Part shown: one piece after another, positions 1 to 12,890 of the stretch | Layout of the letters: the number at the start of each line of letters is the position of its first letter | Numbering within the stretch: the first letter of the stretch is position 1 | Origin: Octopus vulgaris | Lineage: Eukaryota | Length of the DNA stretch: 64,000 nucleotides | NCBI GenBank assembly: GCA_951406725.2 | Contig: OX597814.1 | Location: forward strand, 95,604,001 to 95,668,000 | Direction of reading: 5' to 3' | The notes under the pieces: model-generated | Database searches by the model: none | What the model was told of the DNA's origin: nothing | The model's input: the letters and a program-made list of their open reading frames with translations, nothing else | Position numbers and translations under genes: made by a program

Positions 1-213
1 GATGTTCCTGTAATTGTTCTATCAATTTAAGATTTCTGATAATACTAAAGGATTGTATCTTCTATAATGTCATTCCTACTTATGAATTTAATATGCTAAT
101 ACAAAGATCTTAGTACTTAAAACAATCACTTTTATCAAGGATGTTTTAGTAAAAGTTTTATAAAATCACATTTATTAAGATATTTTGAAAAAGACAATAT
201 TGCAATTACTTAC

Positions 214-312
214 CCTATAGAGCACCATGTGTCAGCATTAGCCTCCCACTTGTCTTTTGAATGACGATAGTGGATGAAGGCATCATGAACTCTTCCTATA
301 CTAGACAGGCAC
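214..312 (-). CDS. KDM6A: KDM6A/UTX exon (equivalent to exon 11), 99 bp; gene continues beyond the window start
   Basis: CAG| ... |GTAAGT. Encodes (R)[32 protein letters not shown](G) vs human [34 protein letters not shown]. Confidence 0.95.
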
Positions 313-1136
313 CTGAAAAGTACAAGCAGCAAATGAAATGTGGGCAAAATAAGGTTGGATGGGAGGGTGTAATTACCCCCTTTAAATCCATAATAGGTTT
401 TCATGTAAATGTCCAAGTAGGTATCTAGATTACCTATGGGTACTGAAGCTGATAAAACAAGTAATCAGTGTACAAAATTATGCCATTATAAGACTTGTAC
501 AGGATAAAGTCAACAAGGATAATACGATACTTGGTTTCTACAAAATCAACATTATGCTTGTGACACAGCTATGGGAGAAAACACTAGAGGAAACAATTAT
601 GTATAATGTGTGTAGACTACTGGTTGATATGAGCTGTTTGATAGAGTATAGAAGTAATGTGAACTAATATTAGACTCAGAAATTTCAAGTTCATCATCAA
701 AGCTTCATAGCTGAATTTAGGATAGATAGGTTTTACATTTAACATTATTGTCAGTGAGTAAATAATTTTAGATTTTGCTTTCACTACAGTAGCAAATTTT
801 AGTGATTTAACCTGTTATAACAGGGTATTTTTTTAAAATGTTTAAAAAGAAATCACTTTTATATACATGTGTAAAAAGCTAACTAATATAACCTATTTAA
901 TATCTAAAATTGAATAATAATGTAAACTTAAATTAGTCACAATATGAAATTTCAGAAATAGACTGCATATATTAGAAGTGGGATGCTACTTAACAGTAAA
1001 ATAAATGCTGTAAAGACAGATCTCAGTATAAAGGTGAGAGATCAAACAAGAACAGAATAAATAAGCAATGACCTGTACAAGAATGAAAACTGTATTTAGT
1101 GATAAGGATGCATGCTAAAAATGTCAAAATACCAAC

Positions 1137-1263
1137 CTGCCCAAGAGGTACCAGGTTTGTCCATTAGAAGAGTCTAATTCGATTGATTTATGTAAATAAT
1201 GAATTGCAACTGGTTCTCGTGTGCTTTTATCACCAAGCTGTTCTGCAGTATGGAATAACCAGC
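1137..1263 (-). CDS. KDM6A: KDM6A/UTX exon (equivalent to exon 10), 127 bp
   Basis: TAG| ... |GTTGGT. Encodes (G)WLFHTAEQLGDKSTREPVAIHYLHKSIELDSSNGQTWYLLG(R) vs human [43 protein letters not shown]. Confidence 0.95.
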
Positions 1264-1321
1264 CTAGAAAAGTGAAAATTATATCATTAGTTCCAGTTAA
1301 GAAATACATTTTATGATCATG

Positions 1322-1545
1322 TGATGACACATGGCCTAGTGGTTAGGGTGTGTTGTCTTCTTGAGCAAAACATTTCAACACCTGACGCATGATACACCAT
1401 GCACCTATTCAGGCGATGTCAATTTGAAGGAGGGAGTAAGTTAATGTACAGCACATACATTTGATTACTATAAACAAATCATTTATGCAGGTTGTTTGGC
1501 AAAAACTGAACACTCATACATAGGTTTCATCAAGAGAGTTCATCA
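1322..1545 (+). mobile_element. tRNA-derived SINE (family A), internally deleted
   Basis: Head TGGCCTAGTGGTTAGGG (box A). Body shares TTGAGCAAAACATTTCA...GATGTCAATTTGA...ACATTTGATYACTATAAAC with the copies at 52317-52810. Confidence 0.7.
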
Positions 1546-2242
1546 TGTCATTAGTTCCTTTCAAGAATTACATTTTACGAACATTTACATAACTACACAC
1601 AACACTCATTTGCTTTTATCTGAAGACTAAAAAAATTAAAATTAATAAAACTCTGTCTCATGTCAAAGTCAGGATTTCTTCCTATTTCACCCTTACTGAA
1701 CACTAACAGAAACTGAATTTATAATTTAACATCGATCTCCTTCCCTATTTACATCCTTGATTTAATCTGATTATCAAATACTATCAGTTCTTTTACACCT
1801 TCAGTCATCCTTTATTTCTTTATCTCACAAATGGAAACAATTCTCCATGAAAGCTCAAGTCACAAATCTTGCTATCAGTGTAACCAATGTAAGTCATGCC
1901 ATCCAATATAAAAACAACTAGTTGTTTACCTCAATCACAGTTGTGCACTTTAGTCATTTACAATGCAACTCTCTGCCAATTTTAGTTGTGTGCTGTGGTC
2001 TTTTAGAATACACCTTTCCACTAATTTTAGTCAATCTGATCCATTATTTCATAACATTGATAAGTATCTACTGCAAAACAAGCTCATTTACTTCTTGCCT
2101 TTCTGTTAATGATTGAGTATGCATGTGCTAACTCCATTATTGACAGAAGTTTGGAGATATCCTTTAACAATTTATGTTCTTTCATTCTCTTCACCTCAAA
2201 CTTGGTTATCTACTTCCAATCACATATTTCAATGAACATTAA

Positions 2243-2550
2243 CCCATAAAGCACTGGGATTTGCACTTACATAGCATGGACTGCTGAGCACATTTTATGA
2301 AAATGAAACTACCATGCACACATACAAAACAAAAAATAGTTAAAATATCTTCTTAGTAAACAATGGTGGCAAGTTTTATATCATCTGAAAAGTCATTCGT
2401 TGAACTATTAGTCCTCTTGCATTCTGGAGCATTTGAGTGACATTAGACTCCAACAAACGCCCATAAATTAAATACATCTATTTGGGCCACGATCGTGGCC
2501 TGTTGGCCTCTACCTGATGGCCACGATTGTGGCCCATCATGCTTTATGTG
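2243..2550. mobile_element. piggyBac-type MITE, 308 bp
   Basis: TTAA at 2239-2242 and 2551-2554. TIRs CCCATAAAGCA / TGCTTTATGTG (10/11). Subterminal palindromes GGCCACGATCGTGGCC. Confidence 0.75.
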
Positions 2551-2982
2551 TTAAGGGTCTGCTATTTCACTAAATTTCTCAGTGCCAATACAATTATCAA
2601 TTATTTTAGGAAAGTAAAGAATTGTACTGCCTTTCCCTTCAATGCCCTCTCATAGAAACCCCTCATATTTAACATAACTAAAATTGTGTTAAAGATATTT
2701 TCTAATTATCCAGTTTGCAGAATCACTCTTCCAATAATAGAAATTAAATTTTAAAAATATTGTCTCAAAAATTATTTTTTAAATGAAAATATACTATCTA
2801 TAGAAACAACAAAATAGCATCAGATCTACCACATGTCAATGTGAAATACTGTCAATAAATTTTATACTATACTGTGCATAAATTTTAAGAAAAACTGACC
2901 TAAAAAAATAATGAAAAAATCAAGACTGGAATTAGAGAGCAAAAATAAAGGCAAAAAGTAATTCAAATTTAAGATATTTTAC

Positions 2983-3076
2983 CTAATTGTCTGTAAGCAA
3001 TAGCTTTTATTTTGTCAGTGATGTCTTCAGGTAAAAGGAATTGTTCGTAAGCCTCTTTCGACTGCTTGTATTTGCC
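2983..3076 (-). CDS. KDM6A: KDM6A/UTX exon (equivalent to exon 9), 94 bp
   Basis: TAG| ... |GTAAAA. Encodes GKYKQSKEAYEQFLLPEDITDKIKAIAYRQL(G) vs human [32 protein letters not shown]. Confidence 0.94.
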
Positions 3077-3254
3077 CTAAAAAAGTTTTAAAAATAAAAA
3101 TTTAAAAATTAGATTCTTATATGTTAAGATATAAAGAATTATAACCATTTCTCAAAATTAACTAAAAGGTTTTTAAACTATCTACAAGCCAGTGCCTCGG
3201 TACAATTGCTGAAACAACTAAATGATAGACGATAAGAAATCTGAAAACAATATA

Positions 3255-5694
3255 CAGGCATACCTCAGCTTAAGTCATTCTTGATTATATGTCAGTTTTC
3301 AAAAATAATATATGGAACAATAAAAATCAAGTTAAGTCATTTTACTCAAATCCACATCTGTCCACCATAAATATTGGAATCGTAAAATGACTAGGAAACC
3401 AATAAAAGCACATAAAATCATGTTACTGTACTAAAAATAAGAATAAAATCATATTAAAATATGTACAGTAAATATTAAGATACACACCATAAAGTAGTGT
3501 AGCTTAGTGAACGAAATCATAAAATCAGCTGAGTTGTCTTATTTATTGGTCTTCCAGAGCTCATATTGCACTGTAGTTCCAACATCTACCGTTAGGCGTC
3601 GTTGTCACTCGTGATTCCCGCAATTATTTTGAATTCAGATTTGTTTATGTCTGTTTACTGGCCACTTTCTTATTCTCATTCATTTGTGACTTTATTTTTT
3701 GCCCCCCATGGCTTCTAAGAAAATTCATAGTGAAAGTGCTAAGTGTCATGCTATAACGTTGGAAGATAAACTCGCTATGATAAAACACCATAAAAAAGGT
3801 GAAAAAGTGGTAGCAATTGCATGGTCTTTTGGGATGAGTTGGACAAGACAACTGTATCAATGATTGTACATAATAAGGACAAGATTTTAGAACATATCAA
3901 ATCTAAAGCTCCAGGGATGAAGAATGCTGACATTAATAAGAGGCAAAATCTTTAAAGAACTGGAATGGCTTCTTTTTCTTTGGATTGTTAGGTTGAACTG
4001 TCAGCGTGCTACTATTAGTTAAGAAATCATTCAAGAGAAAGCGTTGTCTTTGAGGACCTGAAGAAATATCCAGATGAGAAAGATGTAGAGTTCAAGGCAA
4101 GTCAAGGATGGTTGAGATTTAAGGAGTGAGGAAGTTATCACTCCATTAAGAAGCAAGGTGAAAGTGCATCAGCTGATGGACAATCAGCAGCAGAATTTCC
4201 TAATGTATTAAAACAAAAACCATCGAAGAAAACAGGTTTCTTCCCAAACAGATTTTTAACATAGACGAAACTGGATTGTATTACCAGACCATTCATTCAT
4301 TTCCAAGGAGAAAACTATTCCAGGCTACAAGGTCTCAAAAGAATGTGTGACCATTATGTTGGGAGGTAATTGTGCAGGAGATTTTAAGTTAAAGCCATTG
4401 CTCGTCTATCATGCACACAAACCCCGTGCCCAGAAGAACATACCCAAGGCATCTCTCCCTGCTATATGGATGGCTAATTCAAAAGCATGGGTTACTGTTG
4501 TTGCTTTTGAAGGTTGGTTCTTCAATCATTTTATCCCAGTAGAAGAGAAGTACTGTAAGAAGAAGAGGATTCCTTTTAAGGTTTTACTTATCTTAGATAA
4601 TGCTCTTGGCCACCTGCAAAACATCGTAGATTTTGACCCCAACATTACCATCATATACCTCCCTCTGAATACCATGTCTCTTCTGCAGCCAATGGATCAG
4701 AGAATAATTGGTATCTTCAAGCGTTACTATATGAAGCGTATGCTGAGGCATGTAATAGCTGCAACTGATCTTGATGAGTCCATAACACTTCACGACTTTT
4801 GGAAGGGATATAATATCTACAAGGCTGTACAGAACATAGCAGTGGCATGGAATGATGTACAGAGCATGGCTATGAATGGTGTATGGAAGAAGCTATGCAC
4901 ACAATTCATGAATGATTTTAAGGAGTTTGGTAATGTTGCCATTAACAAAACGTTGGTGACTATGAGCAAAGGACTGGAAATGGATTGGAGGATGATTTTA
5001 CAGATTTATTTGAAAAAGACAAGCAGTCCCTAATGAACAAGGATTTGATAGAGCTTCACAAGCAGCAAAATAATAAAGAAGAGGGAGTCGAACCTGAGCT
5101 ACATCACTGTACCATTAAGAAAATGCAGCAAGCATTTGTATACATTGAAAAAGGTTTTTCTATGTTTGAGGATATGGATCCAAATGTTCAACCCATTTCC
5201 AAAATTATGGGGGGCTTGTCACAAAGCTTTTGCTCCTTATAATGTAATCCTTGAAGAAAAGAAATAGAAAACAGTTCAAGGAACTCTTAACTAGTTTTTT
5301 AAGCGCATCGAACAAGAACAGCCAGAGTCAGCTCTTGATGTTGGTGATCCAGAGCCATTACATCCATGATGCAAACCACCAAATTGTATGTATGTATTGG
5401 TAAATTTTAAATAATTTAGTTTTACTATTGCAAAATAATAATAATCAATGATTTTGTTTTTAAGCTTAAAAAAGGCTTTTATTTTACCATGTCTTATTGC
5501 AAACCACATTCATAAACAAAGTGTCAGTGATGTACGGTAAACACCACTAAATTGTATGTGTAAATTTAGATTACTTTTTTTTTTTACTAGCGACAAGTAA
5601 ATTTGGCCTTGCCTAACCTAGCCTAGAAACAAGTTAATTCGACTTAAGTTGTGTCTTGTGGAACCAATTAACGATGGAGGGTGAGGTATGCCTG
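3255..5694 (+). mobile_element. Full-length decayed Tigger/pogo DNA transposon (~2.44 kb)
   Basis: TIRs CAGGCATACCTCA / TGAGGTATGCCTG (Tigger1-like terminus). TA on the left flank, TT on the right. Internal disrupted transposase. Confidence 0.92.
3708..5370 (+). pseudogene. Tigger transposase pseudogene (HTH-psq, CENP-B HTH, DDE_1)
   Basis: MASKK...ITLEDKL start; FKASQGW; QIFNIDETGL; KLKPLLVY; VLLILDNALGH; LPLNTMSLLQPMDQRII. Several frameshifts and stops. Confidence 0.9.
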
Positions 5695-6808
5695 TTGTAT
5701 TAATAAGCTGAGCAGATAAAAAGCAGTCTATTATCAGTAAAATTTTCTTTATCAAGAGGGGTTTGCAAGATAGTTGATCGAAAAAATTCAGCTGAAAAAG
5801 CCCTGTACATTTGTTGTATATGTAATTATGTGTTATGTCCTTGGCATAGCAGTGATCACACTTCCCCCTCCAATGTCATTTAATTAGTAACAAACAAGCA
5901 CAAAAAGAAACAGGCAAATGGAGCACCATACTAATTTAAATGTACTTTGGTATTTTAAATTGCTGAGATTTGATCCTCTAAATTTAAGAATATAAATGCA
6001 CTGACAAACCCAAAATTATAAACTACTTTCAACTAAACAACATTAAACTAAAACATTCTATCAATCATAGTAGGACAAGCTAAACTTTGAGATACTTTGG
6101 TTTCTTTTCAGAACCCAGTCAGTTTTGATTCAGAAAACCCTATTTCATTAAACTGGCACGATCAGATATATACATTTCTCTCACCTTCCTCTGTTGCTTG
6201 AACAACTGCCATTCAAACATCCTTCACTGAACATTAATTTTTGTTGAATTGTAGTTACCAAGTGGATAAGGAATTCACATATTAGTTTGAATTGTTCTTG
6301 TCAAGATAGAAGCACAAAATCTTTCCTGCAACAATAATCTAAGTCCATAGCCATCATCTGCATGCAAATATCATCTGGTTGCATGTAACATGAATTTGTT
6401 AACTGTCTTAGGTGCCTAAGCAGTCAGAAGCAGACACCTTCTCAGCTCACCCACTTTTTAACTCAGAAGAAGAATGGGCAGGTGGAAGGAGCTAGACTAG
6501 GCTAGAGCTTGTTTTCAGTTGAGAAGGCTAAAGCAAGAAGTTTTGAAACAACAGTCTTTGTGTTGAAACTGAATTCCCTCATATAAAAAAAATGGGTAAT
6601 TAACTCATTAATAAATTTTCTTCTCAGATTCATTGAAACATTTGATCCTTTCAGCTTTCAGATTTTATTCATGCCATTTCTAGATTATCAAATCCTTTCT
6701 TTCTCTTTGTACCACAAGATAAAATATAATATTTCTCAGATATATAGAGTTCTATGCTTTCTGCCAGGATGATAAAATACATTTTAAAAACAATGAGATA
6801 AAACTAAC

Positions 6809-6843
6809 CTGAACTTGAAATAGATGAGCTATATGTAAACGTA
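6809..6843 (-). CDS. KDM6A: KDM6A/UTX exon (equivalent to exon 8), 35 bp
   Basis: CAG| ... |GTTAGT. Encodes (I)RLHIAHLFQVQ vs human IQFHIAHLYETQ. Confidence 0.92.
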
Positions 6844-8482
6844 CTGGAAAGAAAAGAGAAAAAGTAAATATAATAAAGCAGCTTATTTTTTTGGAAAATG
6901 TAAATTAGTAATAAGATACTTGCAAATCTTTATAATTAAGCTGTTAGCACCAGTTAGGGCAAGGTTGATATCCCAGTTCTAAATTTTTTAGAAAATTGTA
7001 AAGTTCTACGCTTTTTAATTTTCAACTTCACTGGGCATAATCATACACACATAACCTCGTATTTTCTCCACCGAAATTCAGGCTTATCAGATGAGAATGC
7101 CCACAATTCAAAACATGCCATGCTTCTTATCCTATCAACAGTTATCTTCTGACTAGTTAAAAAAATTTTTAGTTACTTGTTAAATAAATTTATCAAACTA
7201 CCCTTTTTGGTATCCCAAAGTATTTCTTTTAAAATCTCAACCAGCCCTATAAAAAAACTAAATACACTCTAAATTAAACAAATATTAGATTTACTTACAT
7301 AATTAAATGAAATATATTAGTTTAAATTAGTGCCAATAAGAGGTTCCAGACCAGCAATGTTTTGAAAGTCACAGTTGTACCAGAGAGGGCCTATACGAAC
7401 CTCTACTACAACAAAAGACTTAATACAGTTTGCAACAAGTAACTTGCTTTGAGAAATATGAGATCTTCAAAACATTTTTTTTTCCTTCTTAAACGTGCTG
7501 AAGCTATTCATCACTGAGGCTTCTCTTGGCTTTCACATTTTCTTTCTCATTGCTGAGCATTTTATTGTAATTCATTGTTTTCAGCGTAAATTCATAACTA
7601 GATGACACAGCATGCTACATTACACTTCAAAGAATAATTGTATTCTTAGTCAACTGCCTCTTCTTGTTATGAAAGAATGAAGTGTTTTTTGCCCTCAAAG
7701 CCAACCTAATTATCAAGTAACATGTTGGTTAATTCACTTTTTGTAGTATATACCACATAATATATTCTGTTTATTCAGTGACACAGCCATCAGCAGAACA
7801 CAATAATTAACACCTTGTTTGGTAGAATGAAGGAGATTCTTTCATATACACTTGCTGCATATGCAATATTTGTCTCTACATCAACCACTGATCCCAAATC
7901 CAAGAACAAAATTACCCCCAAAACTTCAGCTGCCTATCTGCCAACTTCATATACTGCATTGCAAGCAACTCTATAATGCCCAGTATGTAGATAAAAGAAA
8001 AAACAGATCACTGTGTAAATGGCTGCTTTTGCAAGAACCTATACCATATTTGAGATGTAGGAGACTCCTGCAAGAGATGTCAAAGCTGTAACCACAAGGT
8101 TGCTGAGTGAACTTAACTGTATGGCCATGACAGATCCATATATTAGAAGAATAACAATATATACATAAAACAATTGTTGATTATATAGATAGATCAACTT
8201 TGTTAATACAGAGACATTTATAAGCCATCAAGAGAGCCTGTACCCAAGCCAATGAGAAAGCCAACATAATTACTTAATGTTCTTGAGATAGCAGCAAAAT
8301 CTCCTTCAGACGAAACTCTAATGAATTAAAACAAAAAAGGTAGGATATTTTGGATAAAGTTGTTCTTAAAGCATTATGATTGAGAAAAAGTCATACTGAG
8401 AGAGAATTGATAAATGCATTATAATAAAATATTGAAAAATATTTGAAGAAATTGCAACTCAAAATGAAACAAATTAACTTAC

Positions 8483-8537
8483 TTTCAGCTTTTGACACAG
8501 TACACTTACTACTATCTTGAAGAGCTAAGCGGAAATG
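8483..8537 (-). CDS. KDM6A: KDM6A/UTX exon (equivalent to exon 7), 55 bp
   Basis: CAG| ... |GTAAGT. Encodes HFRLALQDSSKCTVSKAE vs human HFQLALVDCNPCTLSNAE; phase joins both neighbours. Confidence 0.93.
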
Positions 8538-8989
8538 CTGTCAAACAAAAATTTAAATGGACAGAAAATTAGGTATTTAATAACATAATAATATAAAAAG
8601 AAAGACAATTTTCCACAAAATAAGGTGAAACTATATGATGTATAAACTAGATTCAAATTGACATAAATTTTAGCTAGTAGAGATAAAATTATGATTTAAA
8701 CATAAATATTAAAAAGTTGGATTTCAGTCAACAGTTTCTCTATTGCTTTGCATTCAGTTCTATGGTGAGGTGCCAAACAAGTATCTTCTACTGTTACCCC
8801 AGGCTGACTTGGTGCTAAGATGCATGAAATTACATGAATGTGGTCATACGAGAGTGATAAGCACATAATTGTACAGCAGAGGAGAGATGACAAAGCTTTG
8901 AAGTAAGTGAACTAGTGATTTGAAGCATGGAGGGAGTCTGTTGTGGAGTCGGAAACCTAGGTCTTTAAGTCTCCATATCCTGAAGAATA

Positions 8990-10050
8990 AAGAGACAAAA
9001 AGAGTAACTGAATTGTTGCAATACCATAAACACAAATGAATCATCTGTGTTGACCATAAAATGATATGCTTCCTTCTTGGTCAGATACACCAAATATCCC
9101 TGCTTTCTGTATATATTGGACAGCAAACTTGAGACTAACATAGGGTATAGAAGAATAGGCCTCTAAGATCTGACCTCAAACCTGGTGATCACCACAGTTT
9201 ACATGAGCCACTTGTTGACAAAGAAAATCATATTCCCATCTCTGCACATGAAACTGGGTCTCATAAAGCAATTCGTTAAAGCATTGCCAACTGAAGATGA
9301 TTGTTTCAAGTACCTCAGTTTGGCATTTCCTGGCCTGTCAACTATAAAAAAAAAATTAAAAAACCAAAGCCAGTGTGATTGATGGTCCAAATTTGGTAGC
9401 TCGTCAAAAATGAACATTTTATTGAGATAATGTCAGAACTCAAAAAGAATGTTTGGTTTTCATTGTGAAGAACTTTCTTGGAAATACATCAGCAAAGAAT
9501 TGCACTGAAATTTCCCAGAAACTATTGGAGAACTACAAAATGCTCAGTTGCTGCATAAGCATCAAGTTGCAGTTTCTGCATAGCTGTCTTGCTAACTTCT
9601 CAGAAAACCTTGATTTGAAGGTCATGGAGAGAAATGCGAGTACGTGGAAACACTTGCTGGATTGGGTAAATGGGATGTAAATATGATGACTATTGTTGAA
9701 GCATAAAGTGAAAATGTCCATAGACTGAACACTCCAGGAAAAAATAAGTGTAAATTTTACTATAACTACTTGCATGCAATTTGATTTATAGTAACAATAT
9801 CCTTTCAATAAACAAAATAAAGTTGTTACAAGCATTACAGTCAAGCAATTTTTAAAATTTTCCATTGTATGTAAATTTTGAAAATGTTCTATAAAATAAG
9901 CACAAATTTGTAAGATGCAATATTTTAAAGGCTTTTGAGAAGAAGTGAGGGTATCTTGTGGCTCAAAAAGTTGATGCCATACAGGAAAACAAGTCATTGT
10001 TGGATTCAGAGGCTAAAAGTCAGTCAAAAACAAGTGTTGGATCTAACTCC
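8990..10050 (+). mobile_element. Degraded DNA-transposon transposase fragment plus 3' end, probably Chapaev3 (CMC) type
   Basis: Motifs TKYPCFL, EPLVD, FPSLHMKLGLIKQFVKAL, FKYLSLAFPGLS, VKNFLGN, SIKLQFLHS spread over shifting frames. Superfamily assignment is from recall. Confidence 0.65.
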
Positions 10051-10349
10051 AACTGATTGGCATATAATATTAAAAATTCAAACGAAACTGAGTGAGATTT
10101 GAAACTAAAACAGTTATATCAAAATAAATGTTATGAAACATTATGTTTCACTATTTTTGCTTTTTTTAAAGAGATAAGATAATGAGAAGAGCTTTGCAGT
10201 CAAATTTGTAAGACTAATGAGTTTGATTTTTAGCTTGAAAATCTGTAGGGTAAATTATGAGCAAGGAAAAAGGATCAAGAAAAGCATTTCGTATAGACTC
10301 CATAATACAGGACATAGTAAGAGTAGAAATATGTGTGAGCTAGGAGAGG

Positions 10350-11090
10350 ACATCATCATTTAACATCTGTTTTCCATGCTGGCAGAGGTTGGACAGGAGC
10401 TGGTAGGACCAGCAACCACACTAGGCTCCATTGTCTGTTTTGGGTTTTGACATGGTTTCTACAGCTGGATGTCCTAATTAATGCCAACTATTTTACAGAG
10501 TGTACTGGATGCTTTACACATGGCTCCACACCAACAGGATTGTCAATTACCTTGCAAGACAAAAATCCCTCAGCTAGAAGGTAGGGGTGACTTTGTGCCA
10601 GTTGATGAGAGACAAAAGGTATAGAGGGACAGGGATAGTTGTCTAGCTGTAGAGTATATACATGGATACCCTGGTTGGAAAAGAAAGGACAGTGAGATAG
10701 AGAGTAGGATAAAGAGAGTGGTAGTGAGAGAGAGGTGGTGGTAAAGATGTGTCAGGACATGCCCTCAAGGAACACTGGGGGTGGTGAGAATAAGTGAGGT
10801 GATATAGAGGTTTGAACTGGGTGAGTAGGAAGGACAGTGGAAAATGAGGGGGCAAAATATAGGAGGGGCATGGGGTTGAGGGTTGTGATAGGTATGCATG
10901 ATCATTGAGAGTGATAACAGATAAATGAGGTGTTAACCATACAGGGCAGAGAACACACAGAAAGGTGATTGGTGGAAACAGTAGGTGGGGAAAGATAATG
11001 AAGAATAGAGGTAATGTGAGGTGGGTAATGTGAGGAAAGAAAGGTAACTGAGATAGTGGGGGGGGGGTAATAACTAATTAAGAGGAGCAT
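10350..11090 (-). mobile_element. RTE-type 3' tail with adjoining long low-complexity (purine-rich on +) UTR
   Basis: CATCATCATTTAACATCTGTTTTCCATGCTGGC is the reverse complement of the terminus at 28120-28160. Confidence 0.7.
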
Positions 11091-11879
11091 TGGCTATTGG
11101 TCTAGCAATAGAAGCAGCAGCTATAAGCTTTGAATCTTTGCCATTCTGCTGAATGGTCGTTTTTTTCTTCTTTTTTTGGCATGTGGTCTAGAATGCTAGT
11201 AGATCTAGCAGCAGGACCATCCCCTGAATATGAACAATATTTACATATCACTTTTGCTTGAGTATTAGCAACTGATAAGGCTGAAGTATTTCTTGCTTTA
11301 AATAGGATTCTTAATCTTAATAAAGTAGCTTTGGCTATGTTATGCATACAAAGTCATCATGAGAACTCATCAGAAACTGAAACCCAGCATTTGTAACAAC
11401 TTTAAAGGTTTTAGTTTTGTTAGCCATGCTAAATACAAGACTGTTTTCATGATATAAATTGCAATACTGTCATTGTGCTGTCTAAAAACAATGCTTGTCA
11501 TGTCTCCAATTAAAGACACTATCAAGGTCTCTGTTCATGAAGGCAGAGTATGTTTGGCTGAGGTGTTCAGGTTGTATGTGAATGACACATGTATACAAGT
11601 GAATAAAAGAGAACTGAAAGGAAATAACATCTGCATAGGAGTATGTGGTGACAGCAAGTTAAGTTAAGGCACAGAAGGAAGAATGTGGAAGACACTACCA
11701 AACCTTGATATACATCAAAGTTAATGCAAACTAGAAGTTGTTAGGTTGGAAAGAAAGACCTGTAATATTTTCAACATGATCTTTTCAAGGCTACTTTTTT
11801 CAATACTTATGGTAAAATGAGCACTAATATTTACATACTATTGCTTTCTTCTTTCTTAAGAAGTTTGTATTGATTTTAT

Positions 11880-12890
11880 CCTTTTAAAACAGTTTAGATC
11901 AGACATATTAGATGTTGCATGCTAAATGAATTCAAAAGGGGCTCTTCAGCAATAAAAGCAGCAAGAAACATTCCTTTTGCCTATTGAAACGAAGCTTTAA
12001 GTATCTGGACATGCCAACAATGGTTTGGCCAGTTTTTTCTCTTGCAGATCCTCCTTAACCTGGACAGACAAGTTCTGTCAATAACGAGCTTCTGAAAACT
12101 GTGTTTGAACAAAACAAGAAGTAAACTGTATGAGAATTAGCAAAACAGTTTAATTCAAGATGCATTTTAACCATAGAACACTTTTATAAACAATGAAAAG
12201 TGTCTAAACTTGGTCAGTGGGTCCCTCATCATGTGACTGATTTTTAGCTTTAAAAAAGGGTTGCTCTCTACTTGTCACTGAAGAGAAGATTTGCTTCAGA
12301 ATATTTCCTAAGTAGAATCATTGCAAGTGATGAAAAATAGGTTTTCTATAATCATATCCAATAAAATGACAATGGTTAAACATCCAATGAAAGAGAAGCA
12401 ATCCTCAAACCAGGACTAATCTGGAAAAAGTTATGCTCTGTGTCGGGTAGGATATGAAGGATGTTGTCTATCATGAAGTGTTAAACTAAGACAAGAATTT
12501 TTGCAGAAAAGTACTGTTGTCAATTGGAAACATTTCACAAAAACGTACATAAAAAGCACCCATCATTGGTCAACTATGAAGGGTTGTTGTTCCTACATGA
12601 TAATGCAAGATGCATTACCTAAGTCACTCAAGAAAGATAATGTCAATAAACATGGAAGTTTTACATCACAGTCTTTTATTCTCCTAAGCTCGCTCCATTT
12701 CACTATCTTCTTTTCAGATCATTGCAACATCATTTAGAACAGAAACAGTTTATTAATTGTGAAGAGGAGAAAAAATACTATCTAGTGTTTCTTTGCTTCA
12801 GAATCTGAATTATACACCCAAAGGATCAAGAATTTGCCAAATAGATGAGATTATGTTTTTAATAATGACGGGAAATAATACTTTGATTAA
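11880..12890 (+). mobile_element. Degraded mariner (SETMAR/Mos1-like) transposase
   Basis: HIRCCMLNEFKRG, KLGQWVPH, IIASDEK*VFY, KVMLCVG*D, HDNAR, LFRSLQHHL. Many stops and frameshifts. Confidence 0.85.
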
